Shown piece after piece: positions 46,179 through 55,557 of a stretch of DNA of 64,000 nucleotides (positions are counted from its first letter, which is position 1; each line of letters begins with the position of its first letter). Below the pieces are notes generated by a model. The model was not told where the DNA came from. It did not search any database and was given only the letters and a program-made list of their open reading frames with translations. The DNA comes from Candidatus Manganitrophaceae bacterium (GTDB lineage: Bacteria > Nitrospirota > Nitrospiria > SBBL01 > JAADHI01). The DNA lies in the NCBI GenBank assembly GCA_013151935.1, contig JAADHI010000124.1, positions 41,718-105,717 on the forward strand, in the 5' to 3' direction. The position numbers were made by a program, and so were the translations under genes.

Positions 46179-47633
46179 TTACTGAGGGAGATCAATCATT
46201 TCACTAAACAGTGCTCCCTCGCCCTCCTCTCGTAAGTGGGACAAATGTTCTTCCATGAAACGTACCGATCCTTGCATTTTTCTTGCTCGAATTTCCTCTA
46301 GCTCTTCGTCATTGAGTACAATATGCGGTGTGAGAAAGATCATTAAATTGGTTTTTTCAATGCGATTCGATTTAAAATGAAATAACCATCCAATCAGAGG
46401 AATATCTCCTAATAAAGGGATTTTTCGATCCACTGCGATGAGGTTATCCTTGATGAGTCCACCGATGACAACGGTCTGCCCATTTGCAACAATGACGGTC
46501 GTACTGGCCGAGCGTTTATTCGTCGTCGGTCCCAGGTTTTCGGCACCCGCCGTGACCGCAGTCGCCACCACAGAAGAAATTTCTTGATAGACATCTAACT
46601 GCACACGGTTGTCATCAAGCACATCAGGCGTGAGCCTCAAAATAATACCGACATCTTTTCGCTCAATGGTCGTTTGAACATTGCCTCCCACGCTTTGGCT
46701 TTGCGCTCCCGGAAAAGGGACATTCTGCGCAACGACAATTTCAGCTTTCTGCTTGTCCGTCGTCAAAATCTGTGGGGTCGATAATACGTTTACGTCAGAG
46801 GAAGATTTCAAGGCCCTGAGTGCCGCAACAATATTGACCGCACCGATACTTAGGCCATCAACCCCCGCAATTGCTCCGAGACCTGAGACATCAACCGTGC
46901 TGTTAAAGCCACCCAGCACGGTTGCATCATTGCCCGAGGTATAGCCAAAAGCCGCCCCCAATTCCGTACCCAGCTCCCTAAATTTATCCGCCGATAACTC
47001 CAACACGACCGCCTCAACATAAACCTGCCGTCGTCTTTGATCCAGCTCTTCAATCACACCCGTCAAAATGGCATAGTCTGATTTTGTTGCCGTGATGACA
47101 AGGCTATTTGTCTCTTTATCGGTGAGTATCTGGACTTGACCCTGTAGCCCTTTCGAGTTGTTTTTTTTCTTTTTACCACGCCCGGCAGGTTTTGCAACCA
47201 AACCCCGTAAGACTTTTGCTATTTCTTCAGACTTCATGTTTTTAAGACGATAAACATAAACCTCACGATCCAGAGATACTTCGGCAAAAGGCCGGATCAG
47301 ATAGACCAATCCACTTTCCACGACCGTAAGTCCTTTCAATTCCAATACGGAAAGAAAGACCTCATAAACCCGATCCAGAGGGATTTTACTCGGAGAAATG
47401 ATGGAGATTTTACCTCTAACTTTTTCATCGATCACAAAATTTTTACCGGTGAGCTCACTGATGAGTCTGACCAGAACAGGAAGATCCACTTCACTGAAAT
47501 CAAGCGTGACTTCTTTTGTCGCTGCTTTTTTTTTCGAGGCTTTTTGCCCCACCGAAGTCCCTGGTAAGGCCAATGTCAGGACGACCAAAAAAATAACCCA
47601 GTACAGTCCTTGCCTTTGTAAATTTCTACGCAT
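46179..47633 (-). CDS. gspD: type II secretion system secretin GspD (short form)
   Basis: Signal peptide, then an N0-like segment (VTLDFSEVDLPVLVRLISELTGKNFVID). Ring-building domains follow, then a secretin core (NKRSASTTVIVANGQTVVIGGLI...KIPLLGDIPLIGWLF). 484 aa. Confidence 0.85.
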   Translation of the reverse strand: MRRNLQRQGLYWVIFLVVLTLALPGTSVGQKASKKKAATKEVTLDFSEVDLPVLVRLISELTGKNFVIDEKVRGKISIISPSKIPLDRVYEVFLSVLELKGLTVVESGLVYLIRPFAEVSLDREVYVYRLKNMKSEEIAKVLRGLVAKPAGRGKKKKNNSKGLQGQVQILTDKETNSLVITATKSDYAILTGVIEELDQRRRQVYVEAVVLELSADKFRELGTELGAAFGYTSGNDATVLGGFNSTVDVSGLGAIAGVDGLSIGAVNIVAALRALKSSSDVNVLSTPQILTTDKQKAEIVVAQNVPFPGAQSQSVGGNVQTTIERKDVGIILRLTPDVLDDNRVQLDVYQEISSVVATAVTAGAENLGPTTNKRSASTTVIVANGQTVVIGGLIKDNLIAVDRKIPLLGDIPLIGWLFHFKSNRIEKTNLMIFLTPHIVLNDEELEEIRARKMQGSVRFMEEHLSHLREEGEGALFSEMIDLPQ

Positions 47634-47639
47634 TAGGTC

Positions 47640-48554
47640 CTATCGAATCTCATAACTGAATGTCTCTTTTTGGTTGTTGCGCATCAAGTCCACACTAATA
47701 TTGGTTTCGTCTTTGAGTTGCCCAATCACTTTCATAAAATTCTGCGGACTGGTCACATCCACACTGTTAATTCGATGAAGAATATCCCCATTTTGAAGCC
47801 CTATTTTATCGTAGAGGCTATTCTTTGCAATCGCAAAAATCCGAAAACCGTCGGGCTTGCCGTCCTTAAAACTCGGAATGACACGGGCCTTGGTCAAAAG
47901 CTGAGGTAGGTTTTTGAGGGAATCATCCAATTCTCGCCGATCAAGCACCCACTCATTATCCGAAATCTGCTTAATGGTATCTGAAGCCTTGGGTTTCACA
48001 CCGCCTCCACGACCATTCGAGCGACGAGCAATCACCTTCTTTTTTTCAGATTTGGCTTTGACTTCCAAAAACTCTTTTTGTCCGCCACGCAATAGCTCAA
48101 CCTTGTTCCGCTGAATACTCACCAGCTTGGCTTTGTTCGCATTATTTTCCCCAATGACCGCCCCGATCACATCCCCTTTTCGATAAAGCTTCTGTTTTTT
48201 TTCCTTAGGGCTTTTGATGATTGCAAAAGGGTAGGCTGTGCCAATAAGCGTGAGATTAAGTGGCGGCAGAGAAGTGACTTCTCTCGACGTAAGCGGATCA
48301 ATGCCAGAGCGTACAACGGGACTCGACTTAGGGGTGGAGTTAAATATATTCTTTTTTGCAATAATATTATAGTTTCCAGAACTTCGAATCACACGGTCTC
48401 CCGCGACAAAAGAAGCGGTGGGTGGAGCCTGCGAAGGTTTTTCTAACATGGATTCAAGATGTGATGAAATGCCAAGGTTGGCCATATCAGCCATAAAATA
48501 GGCCCCTGCGACAATCATTGTAAGATGCAATATAAGATACGAAACTTGGGGCAT
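47640..48554 (-). CDS. gspC: type II secretion system protein GspC (TM plus HR plus PDZ)
   Basis: N-terminal TM, then a C-terminal PDZ (LYDKIGLQNGDILHRINSVDVTSPQNFMKVIGQL). It lies directly upstream of gspD. Confidence 0.7.
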   Translation of the reverse strand: MPQVSYLILHLTMIVAGAYFMADMANLGISSHLESMLEKPSQAPPTASFVAGDRVIRSSGNYNIIAKKNIFNSTPKSSPVVRSGIDPLTSREVTSLPPLNLTLIGTAYPFAIIKSPKEKKQKLYRKGDVIGAVIGENNANKAKLVSIQRNKVELLRGGQKEFLEVKAKSEKKKVIARRSNGRGGGVKPKASDTIKQISDNEWVLDRRELDDSLKNLPQLLTKARVIPSFKDGKPDGFRIFAIAKNSLYDKIGLQNGDILHRINSVDVTSPQNFMKVIGQLKDETNISVDLMRNNQKETFSYEIR

Positions 48555-48691
48555 GCTTTTATACTCACACCTCTCAGAGAGACCAGAGGTTTCTTCCCGA
48601 ACGACACAAGTGAGGCCTTGGGAAAAACGAGCTTCGACAATATGCCTTAAAAGTAAGTTGGACGACGTGACAATGCGATTGTATCTTCATT

Positions 48692-48880
48692 AAGAAGCTT
48701 CTGTTCTGATTATAGTTAGTTTATAGGCAAAGTCAACAAATGCTCAGGACAGATCTCGATAAAATTAAATGACTTGAAGTCTCATCCTTAAAGTGATTTA
48801 TGAGGTCTTTCCCCCGGCATTTTTGAGAACGAATCAAAAAGGTAGGGCATGAGAAAACTTCAAAAATTCCCGAGGGCCTT
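48692..48880. repeat. possible degenerate third copy of the inverted-arm element
   Basis: AAGAAGCTTCTGTTCTGATTATAGT (48692-48716) resembles the left arm with insertions. The interior CGATAAAAT and CCGGCATTTTTG...CAAAAA blocks resemble copies B and A. The far end abuts the htrA stop. Similarity is weak and the boundaries are uncertain. Confidence 0.3.
48709..48736 (-). promoter_or_regulatory. near-consensus sigma-70 promoter of the gsp operon
   Basis: The minus strand reads TTGACT-N16-TATAAT (-35 at 48731-48736, -10 at 48709-48714). This implies a leader of about 150 nt before the gspC ATG. Confidence 0.5.
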
Positions 48881-49966
48881 TCATCGAGGACGTTCCCCCA
48901 GTCGAACCGAAACTGTTTTTTTTGTTTTTCCGCGCCAGAGCGTGAGCACAATCGGATCGCCAGGTTTTTTAGATTTTAAAACCTCATGAAATTCCACACC
49001 TGTCTTCAAAGGCTTTCCGTTGAGGGCAACAATGATATCGCCTCCAACAATAAAAATGGCATTCCCGACTTCAACCCGTCGACTGCCGCCACGAATACCC
49101 GCACGGTGGGCTGGCCCGCCCCTGGAAATTCGTGCCACCATGACCCCATGTTGCACGGGCAAAGACAAGGCTTTTGCAAGATCAGGAACGAGCATTTGCG
49201 TTTCAATGCCCAGCCAAGGATAAGCAACGTATCCCTTTTCAATCAGCTCATTCAAGATATTGAGTGCGGTATTGATCGGCACGGCAAAACCAATGCCCAC
49301 ACTGCCCCCCGAGGGGGTGAATATTGCCGTATTGATTCCGATCATTTTCCCATCCGAATCAATCAAAGGCCCCCCTGAATTTCCGGGGTTAATGGCAGCA
49401 TCAATCTGAATCACTTCTTCCATTTCGGAGGCATCTGTTTTAATGTGTTTCCGAATCGCACTGATAATCCCAGTGGTGAGCGTTCGCTCCAAACCAAAGG
49501 GATTCCCAATGGCCAGCACCTTTTGCCCCGGACGTAAATGATCCGAATGACCCATTGGAATGACTGTCAATTTTTTTGAGGGAGCCTTTATTTGAATGAC
49601 TGCAAGGTCAGAAACAGGATCTGCTCCCACAAGCTTAGCCGCCCATTTACTGCCATCGGAGAGCGTGACCATCAGACGTTTGGCATCTTTTACCACATGA
49701 CTATTGGTCAAAATATGGCCTTGTTGGCTAATAATTGAGCCTGAACCTGAAGCTTGCGACGGGATGGGATTCATAAAAAAGTCATAGGTCACCGCAATAT
49801 TGGTGATATTGACGACGCTGGCATTGATCGATTCATAGATTTGGATCGTATTTTTTTCATCCTGAGTCAAAGCCTGCGCAGGATGAGCGGCGCAGAACAA
49901 CAGAAGAACAATCTCGACAATGGAAACGAGAAACCTGCTTTTTAAAAGAAGATATTTATCGTTCAT
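48881..49966 (-). CDS. HtrA/DegP-family serine protease with one PDZ domain
   Basis: Trypsin-like triad context (TNSHVV, D in DLAVI, GNSGGPL), followed by a PDZ. The start is moved to MNDKYLLLKSRF...AAHPAQA, which gives a signal peptide. Confidence 0.85.
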   Translation of the reverse strand: MNDKYLLLKSRFLVSIVEIVLLLFCAAHPAQALTQDEKNTIQIYESINASVVNITNIAVTYDFFMNPIPSQASGSGSIISQQGHILTNSHVVKDAKRLMVTLSDGSKWAAKLVGADPVSDLAVIQIKAPSKKLTVIPMGHSDHLRPGQKVLAIGNPFGLERTLTTGIISAIRKHIKTDASEMEEVIQIDAAINPGNSGGPLIDSDGKMIGINTAIFTPSGGSVGIGFAVPINTALNILNELIEKGYVAYPWLGIETQMLVPDLAKALSLPVQHGVMVARISRGGPAHRAGIRGGSRRVEVGNAIFIVGGDIIVALNGKPLKTGVEFHEVLKSKKPGDPIVLTLWRGKTKKTVSVRLGERPR

Positions 49967-50198
49967 ACCAGAAGCCTGTATTTCAGTTAAGATGCCTTGG
50001 GTCAACACGAGCCACATTTTTTGTACTCGCGCTCAAAGTGCTAAAAATACGCAAGCCCTTGTTAAAAATCAACTTCCTTGGTGTTCGCGTATGAGAATCT
50101 TTTTGTGACTCAGAAAACAGAATCTCCTCGGTTATACTATGCTTAGCCGTAAGACCAAAGGTCATTTTATTTCATGACCGCAGTAGTAAAGGTTGCTC

Positions 50199-52829
50199 AT
50201 GGGTACCAAAACTCAAAAGCCTCTTCCCAAAAACAAGAGGCTCAAAGACGAAATCGCAGTCCTCAAAAAAACAGAAAAACACGACCACATTCTCAAAACA
50301 TTAGCGCACACCTGCTTTTCAATCACTCAGGACGAAGACATGCTCGAAGCGGTACTGCAAATCGTGCTTGAGGCCTTTAAGTGTGATCGGACATGGTGGG
50401 TTTTTCCCTGTAATCCCGAAGCAGAACAATATGCCCTAATCAAAGAGGTCAGCCGTCCAGCCTGGCGGCGGCCGATCGCGGCGCTTCGTGGTCTTCCGGT
50501 CACACCAAAAGATACCGAGGTCTTTAAAAAAGCACTGGATACAAACTATCCACTCAAACACGACCCAGGAACACCTTGGCCTGTAGCTTGCTCCACGCTC
50601 AATGCCACCGACGATATGCAATCCATGCTTTGCGCCGCAATCAAACCGAAGACAGGACAGCCTTGGTTGTTAGGGATCCACCACTGCGCCAAAGCGCATC
50701 ACTTTACAGCAGACGAAGTAGAACTATTTGACGACATTGCCAGATGTCTCAACGAGGCATTGAACCCATGGCTCCATATCAAAGAACTCGAAAAAACCAG
50801 ATCTGTGCTGGAAGAAGCACAACACATCGCGAAAATCGGATCTTGGGATCTTGATTTTCTAAAAAATACCCTGAGCTGGTCAGACGAAATTTATAGATTG
50901 TTTGGGCAGAAACCCCAAGAGTTTTTAGCCACCTATGATGCCTTTATTGAAACCATCCATCCAGATGACCGCAAAATGGTCAATACCGCGTATACAGAAT
51001 CCCTTAAAAACAAAACACCTTACAATATTGTCCACCGACTTCTACTCAAAGACCACACTATAAAATATGTCAGCGAATGGTGCGAAACCTATTATGATGC
51101 TTCAGGTATTGCCATTCGCTCTATTGGGACCGTGCAGGATATCACCCAACAAAAACGAACAGAGGACAAGCTCCGACAATCCGCCGTCATCGTAGAGAAT
51201 ATGGCCGATGCCGTCATTATCACAGACAAAACAAATAAAATTATTGAAGTCAACCGTGCCTACCTTGAAATCACAGGGTATTGCCGAGCCGATGTCATCG
51301 GCCAAACCCCAAAACTCTTAAGATCCGACGTACATGACCAGATATTTTATGCAAATCTTTGGAGAGACCTCCTTGGAAGAGGGTTTTGGCAAGGAGAGCT
51401 GTGGGATAGACGGAAAAACGGAAAAATCTTTCCGACCTGGGCCACAATCACCGCAGTTCAGGATGAGGAAGGTTACAGCAGCAATTTCATACAAGTTTTT
51501 TCCGATATCTCCTCCATCAAACGCTCTCAGGATAAAATCGATTTCCTGGCCCATCACGATCCTTTAACACATCTTCCCAATCGCCTTTTATGTCAGGACC
51601 GACTCAAACATGCGTTGGCTGTCGCAAAACGCAATAAAACACAAGTCGCAATTGTTGTACTCGACTTGGATCGATTTAAAAATATCAATGACAGCCTGGG
51701 GCATACGGTTGGGGATATTATCTTGCAGGAGACCAGCAAACGCATTCAGGAAAATATACGTGCAAGTGATACCATCTCACGTCTTGGCGGCGATGAATTT
51801 GTCATCATCATTGAACACGTGGACAAGATACAGCACATCAGCATTGTCGCCAGAAAGTTGCTAAAAATGTTTTCTTCCCCTTTTGTCGTCAATGATCAAG
51901 AACTGCACCTAACGGCAAGTCTGGGCATCAGCCTCTATCCAGGTGATGGACGCAAGGGAGAAACACTCATCCGAAATGCCGAAACGGCGATGTATCGTGC
52001 AAAAGAAGAGGGACGGAATAACTTTCAGTTTTACACCACGTCGCTCACGATGGCTGCCTCTGAACGCTTGAACCTCGAAACAGCATTGCATCACGCCTTG
52101 AAAAATAAGGAATTTTTATTACATTACCAACCACAATACGACCTCAAGACAAGAGAAGTCACAGGCCTTGAAGCACTCATTCGTTGGGAAAACCCAGAAT
52201 TAGGACTTGTCTCCCCGGATCGCTTCATTCCATCCGCTGAAGACTCTGGCTTGATTCTACCCATAGGAGAATGGGTGCTGGAGACGGCTTGCAGACAAAT
52301 GCAAGTTTGGCTCAAAAGCGGATACAATTTGAAGTATATTTCGGTCAATGTCTCTGTGATTCAAATTCAACGCGGTGACATCGTAAAGACCATCAAACGG
52401 GTCTTAAAAAAAACGGGACTCCCGGCTCACTGTCTCGGTCTTGAAATCACCGAAAGTACGGCAATGCAAGAACTGGATCGTGTCATTCAAGATTTGGGCC
52501 TCCTCTCAGCTTTGGGCATAGAGATCTCAATTGATGACTTTGGCACAGGACACTCTTCGCTCAGTTATCTCAAAAAATTACCCATCAAACATTTAAAGAT
52601 AGACCGTTCCTTCGTAAAAGATATCCCGCAAAACAAAGATGACATGGCGATTGCACGTGCCATCATCGCCCTCGGACAAAGCCTCGAACTCGGGATCATT
52701 GCCGAGGGCATCGAAACCGAGGCACAAGAAACCTTTTTAAAAGAACAGGGCTGTAACGCAGGACAGGGCTATTTATTCAGCCGCCCCTTAGCCGCAGAAC
52801 GCGTCAGCAAATTTTTCAAGCGGCATTAA
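50199..52829 (+). CDS. GAF/PAS-GGDEF-EAL c-di-GMP turnover protein
   Basis: Two PAS-like modules, GGDEF (RLGGDEFVIII) and EAL (LEALIRW, EITES, DDFGTGHSSLSYLK). The ATG at 50199 is preferred over the TTG at 50193 (AAAGG upstream). Confidence 0.85.
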   Translation: MGTKTQKPLPKNKRLKDEIAVLKKTEKHDHILKTLAHTCFSITQDEDMLEAVLQIVLEAFKCDRTWWVFPCNPEAEQYALIKEVSRPAWRRPIAALRGLPVTPKDTEVFKKALDTNYPLKHDPGTPWPVACSTLNATDDMQSMLCAAIKPKTGQPWLLGIHHCAKAHHFTADEVELFDDIARCLNEALNPWLHIKELEKTRSVLEEAQHIAKIGSWDLDFLKNTLSWSDEIYRLFGQKPQEFLATYDAFIETIHPDDRKMVNTAYTESLKNKTPYNIVHRLLLKDHTIKYVSEWCETYYDASGIAIRSIGTVQDITQQKRTEDKLRQSAVIVENMADAVIITDKTNKIIEVNRAYLEITGYCRADVIGQTPKLLRSDVHDQIFYANLWRDLLGRGFWQGELWDRRKNGKIFPTWATITAVQDEEGYSSNFIQVFSDISSIKRSQDKIDFLAHHDPLTHLPNRLLCQDRLKHALAVAKRNKTQVAIVVLDLDRFKNINDSLGHTVGDIILQETSKRIQENIRASDTISRLGGDEFVIIIEHVDKIQHISIVARKLLKMFSSPFVVNDQELHLTASLGISLYPGDGRKGETLIRNAETAMYRAKEEGRNNFQFYTTSLTMAASERLNLETALHHALKNKEFLLHYQPQYDLKTREVTGLEALIRWENPELGLVSPDRFIPSAEDSGLILPIGEWVLETACRQMQVWLKSGYNLKYISVNVSVIQIQRGDIVKTIKRVLKKTGLPAHCLGLEITESTAMQELDRVIQDLGLLSALGIEISIDDFGTGHSSLSYLKKLPIKHLKIDRSFVKDIPQNKDDMAIARAIIALGQSLELGIIAEGIETEAQETFLKEQGCNAGQGYLFSRPLAAERVSKFFKRH

Positions 52830-52994
52830 GAAATGCTTTAACAGAAATCCCCTTTTTTGACCTAAAACCCCTAATAAAATAACTGACATCACAAAATCGA
52901 ACCTCTCCCAATAAACAACATCCACCTCTGCTACACTTGGCAGTTCCTTCCAATTAAGACTAAAATGCTTATTTAATCGGAGAATCTAAATCAC

Positions 52995-54440
52995 ATGCCC
53001 ATCAGCAGCAGACAGCTAAGCCTGCTTATCTCTGAAATCGAAACAGATCTCAGAGGCGGCATTATTAAGAACATCGACCAGAGCAATGCCAATACCCTCA
53101 TTTTTGAGATCGTGCAGGGAAAGCAGCGCCATCGTCTTCTTTTTTCTTCCCATCGACATTTCACCCGGGCTCACCTGGTTCAGCAAAAAAACCCACAGGC
53201 TAAAATGCCCCCTGGGTTTTGTCAACTATTACGCGCCCATTTGCGTCACAAACGTATTGAGCGTATCCAACAAAAAAATAATGATCGAATTATTGAAATA
53301 TCTTGTGCCTGGTCAGAAGAAAGTCCAAACACAATGCGCTTTGTCGCTGAGTTGACCGGGACATGCGCTAACTTCTATTTACTGGACACAAAAAAACACA
53401 TACTCGGCATGCTGAGACAAGCCCCCCCTTCTCGGAATTTACACCAAGGCACACCTTATGTCCCACCCCTCCTACACATCACAACACGTTTTCAAGAAAC
53501 ACACATTCCGCCAGTCGCTTCAGAGGCCTTTCCTCTCAATTACGCCCTTGAGATCTATTTTTCAGAATTAGAAAAACAAGAACAGAAAATACGGAAACAA
53601 AAAGAAACACTTCTCCGGTTTGATACCGCAATCAAAAACTTAAAAAAACGCCTAAAACACCTACAAGCAAAAGCGAATGCCACCGAAAACTCACTTCGAT
53701 ACCGAGACTACGGAGAGCATTTAAAGTATCACCTGCATGAGGTTTTACCCGGAGCAAAGGTGTTTTTTTACCCCAACTCACATTCATCCGATCAGGGAAA
53801 ATACGCTGTCCCGCTAAACCCCGCCTTATCTGCAGCACAAAATATGGCACAATTTTTTAAACGCTACAAAAAAGCAGTAAGAGAAAGATCCATGCACTTA
53901 AAATTACAGGAGGAAACAGAATCCAAATTAAGCGGACTCAAGGTAGGAAGAAAAACTGTGGCAGAGGGAGCAGTTCTCAGATTAGAGGACTTTCCTCTCC
54001 TTTCTGCTCAAAAAAAACCGCACATAAAAAAGACAAAAAAAGAACTACAGACCTACCTCTCTTCTGACAATCTACGACTCATGCTTGGAAGAAATAGTCT
54101 TGAAAATGACACACTCACCTTTCGTCTTGCACGGGGAAATGATCTTTGGTTCCACGCACGTGGAGTTTCAGGATCTCACCTTGTGGTGAAAATGGAGAAA
54201 CGCAAAACACTCCCGCCAAAAACTTTGCTCGAAGCCGCAACTTTGGCGCTTTATTTCAGTGCTTACCGAAAAGCGGGAAAAGGAGAAGTGATGTACACCT
54301 ATAAAAAATACCTACAACGCCCCAAAAATGGAAAACCAGGTTCGGTCATTTGCACACAGGAAAAGACCCTTTTTATCGAAATCAATCCGGCACGTTTATC
54401 AAGCATTTTAGACAATAGATTGCATGACATTCAGGAATGA
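52995..54440 (+). CDS. NFACT-family (FbpA/RqcH-like) protein with NFACT-N, coiled coil and NFACT-R/DUF814
   Basis: The C-terminal LGRNSLENDTLTFRLARGNDLWFHARGVSGSHLVVK is the DUF814/NFACT-R signature. The central part is K/E-rich and coiled. 481 aa. Confidence 0.7.
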   Translation: MPISSRQLSLLISEIETDLRGGIIKNIDQSNANTLIFEIVQGKQRHRLLFSSHRHFTRAHLVQQKNPQAKMPPGFCQLLRAHLRHKRIERIQQKNNDRIIEISCAWSEESPNTMRFVAELTGTCANFYLLDTKKHILGMLRQAPPSRNLHQGTPYVPPLLHITTRFQETHIPPVASEAFPLNYALEIYFSELEKQEQKIRKQKETLLRFDTAIKNLKKRLKHLQAKANATENSLRYRDYGEHLKYHLHEVLPGAKVFFYPNSHSSDQGKYAVPLNPALSAAQNMAQFFKRYKKAVRERSMHLKLQEETESKLSGLKVGRKTVAEGAVLRLEDFPLLSAQKKPHIKKTKKELQTYLSSDNLRLMLGRNSLENDTLTFRLARGNDLWFHARGVSGSHLVVKMEKRKTLPPKTLLEAATLALYFSAYRKAGKGEVMYTYKKYLQRPKNGKPGSVICTQEKTLFIEINPARLSSILDNRLHDIQE

Positions 54441-54444
54441 GTGA

Positions 54445-55527
54445 CTATTTCTTTGCGACAGAAACCATGTCCCGCCCTTTTCTTTTCGATTCATACATGG
54501 CGCGGTCTGCAAGATGAATCAAATCCGTTCTGTTTTTGGCATGTTCGGGATAGCTTGCAATTCCAAAACTTGCGGCAATGTGCAAAGAGAGACCTTCTGT
54601 CTGCAGAAATTTAAAATCCCGAATGGCGACTCGAACACGCTCGGCAACACGTGTGGCCTTTTTAAGTGGGGTGTTGGGCAGCAAAACAACAAACTCATCT
54701 CCCCCGTAGCGCACAACAACATCCACAGCACGTAGACTCTCGATCAAAATATCCGCAATTTCAATCAAGACTTGACTGCCCATGATATGACCATGATTGT
54801 CATTCACTTGTTTAAAATAATCGAGGTCAATAAAAATAAGTGCAAGCGAACTTTTATAACGCCGACTCCGCTTCATCTCCACTTCTAAAATCCGATCAAG
54901 ATATCTTAAGTTATAGAGATGCGTCAGGTCATCGGTCGTCACAAGATCCGACATTTTTTGCAGTACATCCGAGCGTTCGATCGCCTGAGTGGATTGATCC
55001 AATAATTTTTCCAATAAGAGACAATCGTTTTCAGTAAAATGTTCTTCCTCAAGGCGATTAACCATCTGAATCACACCCAGTACTTGGTTTTTTGCCAGGA
55101 TGGGTAAACAGAGCACCGAGCGTGCACTTAAGTGAGGATAAAAACGTGCAGCATCATAACGCTTTTGTTTTGAAAAATCGGGAATCAGAAGCGGACGGCC
55201 TTTTTGGGCCACCCAACCCACTGGCCCCTCTCCAAGTCTATACTGCAATTTTTTGAGGTCTTTTAAAATAGCCCCCTTGGTCAAGGCGTAATGTAAGGTA
55301 TTCTCGGTCGGGTTGAACAACAGCAGAGACCAATCTTCACAACGCACAAGCCTTCTTGCGGCAGACAAAACAACTTGAAGTACCTTTTTAAATTCAAGCG
55401 GGGCACTTAAGTCCTTCCCCGCCTTAATAAAATGGTTCAACTCACGTTGTTTTTGACGCAGCGCTTTTTTCAGATCCTTGTTTTCTTGCACAAGCAAAGA
55501 CAAGCTTTTCTGAGACACGGGTGTCAT
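54445..55527 (-). CDS. GAF-GGDEF diguanylate cyclase
   Basis: GAF region, then GGDEF (RYGGDEFVVLL) with DLDYFKQVNDNHGH. Confidence 0.85.
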   Translation of the reverse strand: MTPVSQKSLSLLVQENKDLKKALRQKQRELNHFIKAGKDLSAPLEFKKVLQVVLSAARRLVRCEDWSLLLFNPTENTLHYALTKGAILKDLKKLQYRLGEGPVGWVAQKGRPLLIPDFSKQKRYDAARFYPHLSARSVLCLPILAKNQVLGVIQMVNRLEEEHFTENDCLLLEKLLDQSTQAIERSDVLQKMSDLVTTDDLTHLYNLRYLDRILEVEMKRSRRYKSSLALIFIDLDYFKQVNDNHGHIMGSQVLIEIADILIESLRAVDVVVRYGGDEFVVLLPNTPLKKATRVAERVRVAIRDFKFLQTEGLSLHIAASFGIASYPEHAKNRTDLIHLADRAMYESKRKGRDMVSVAKK

Positions 55528-55557
55528 GCGAGACCTACTTGTTGTTTTTTTCTGTGA

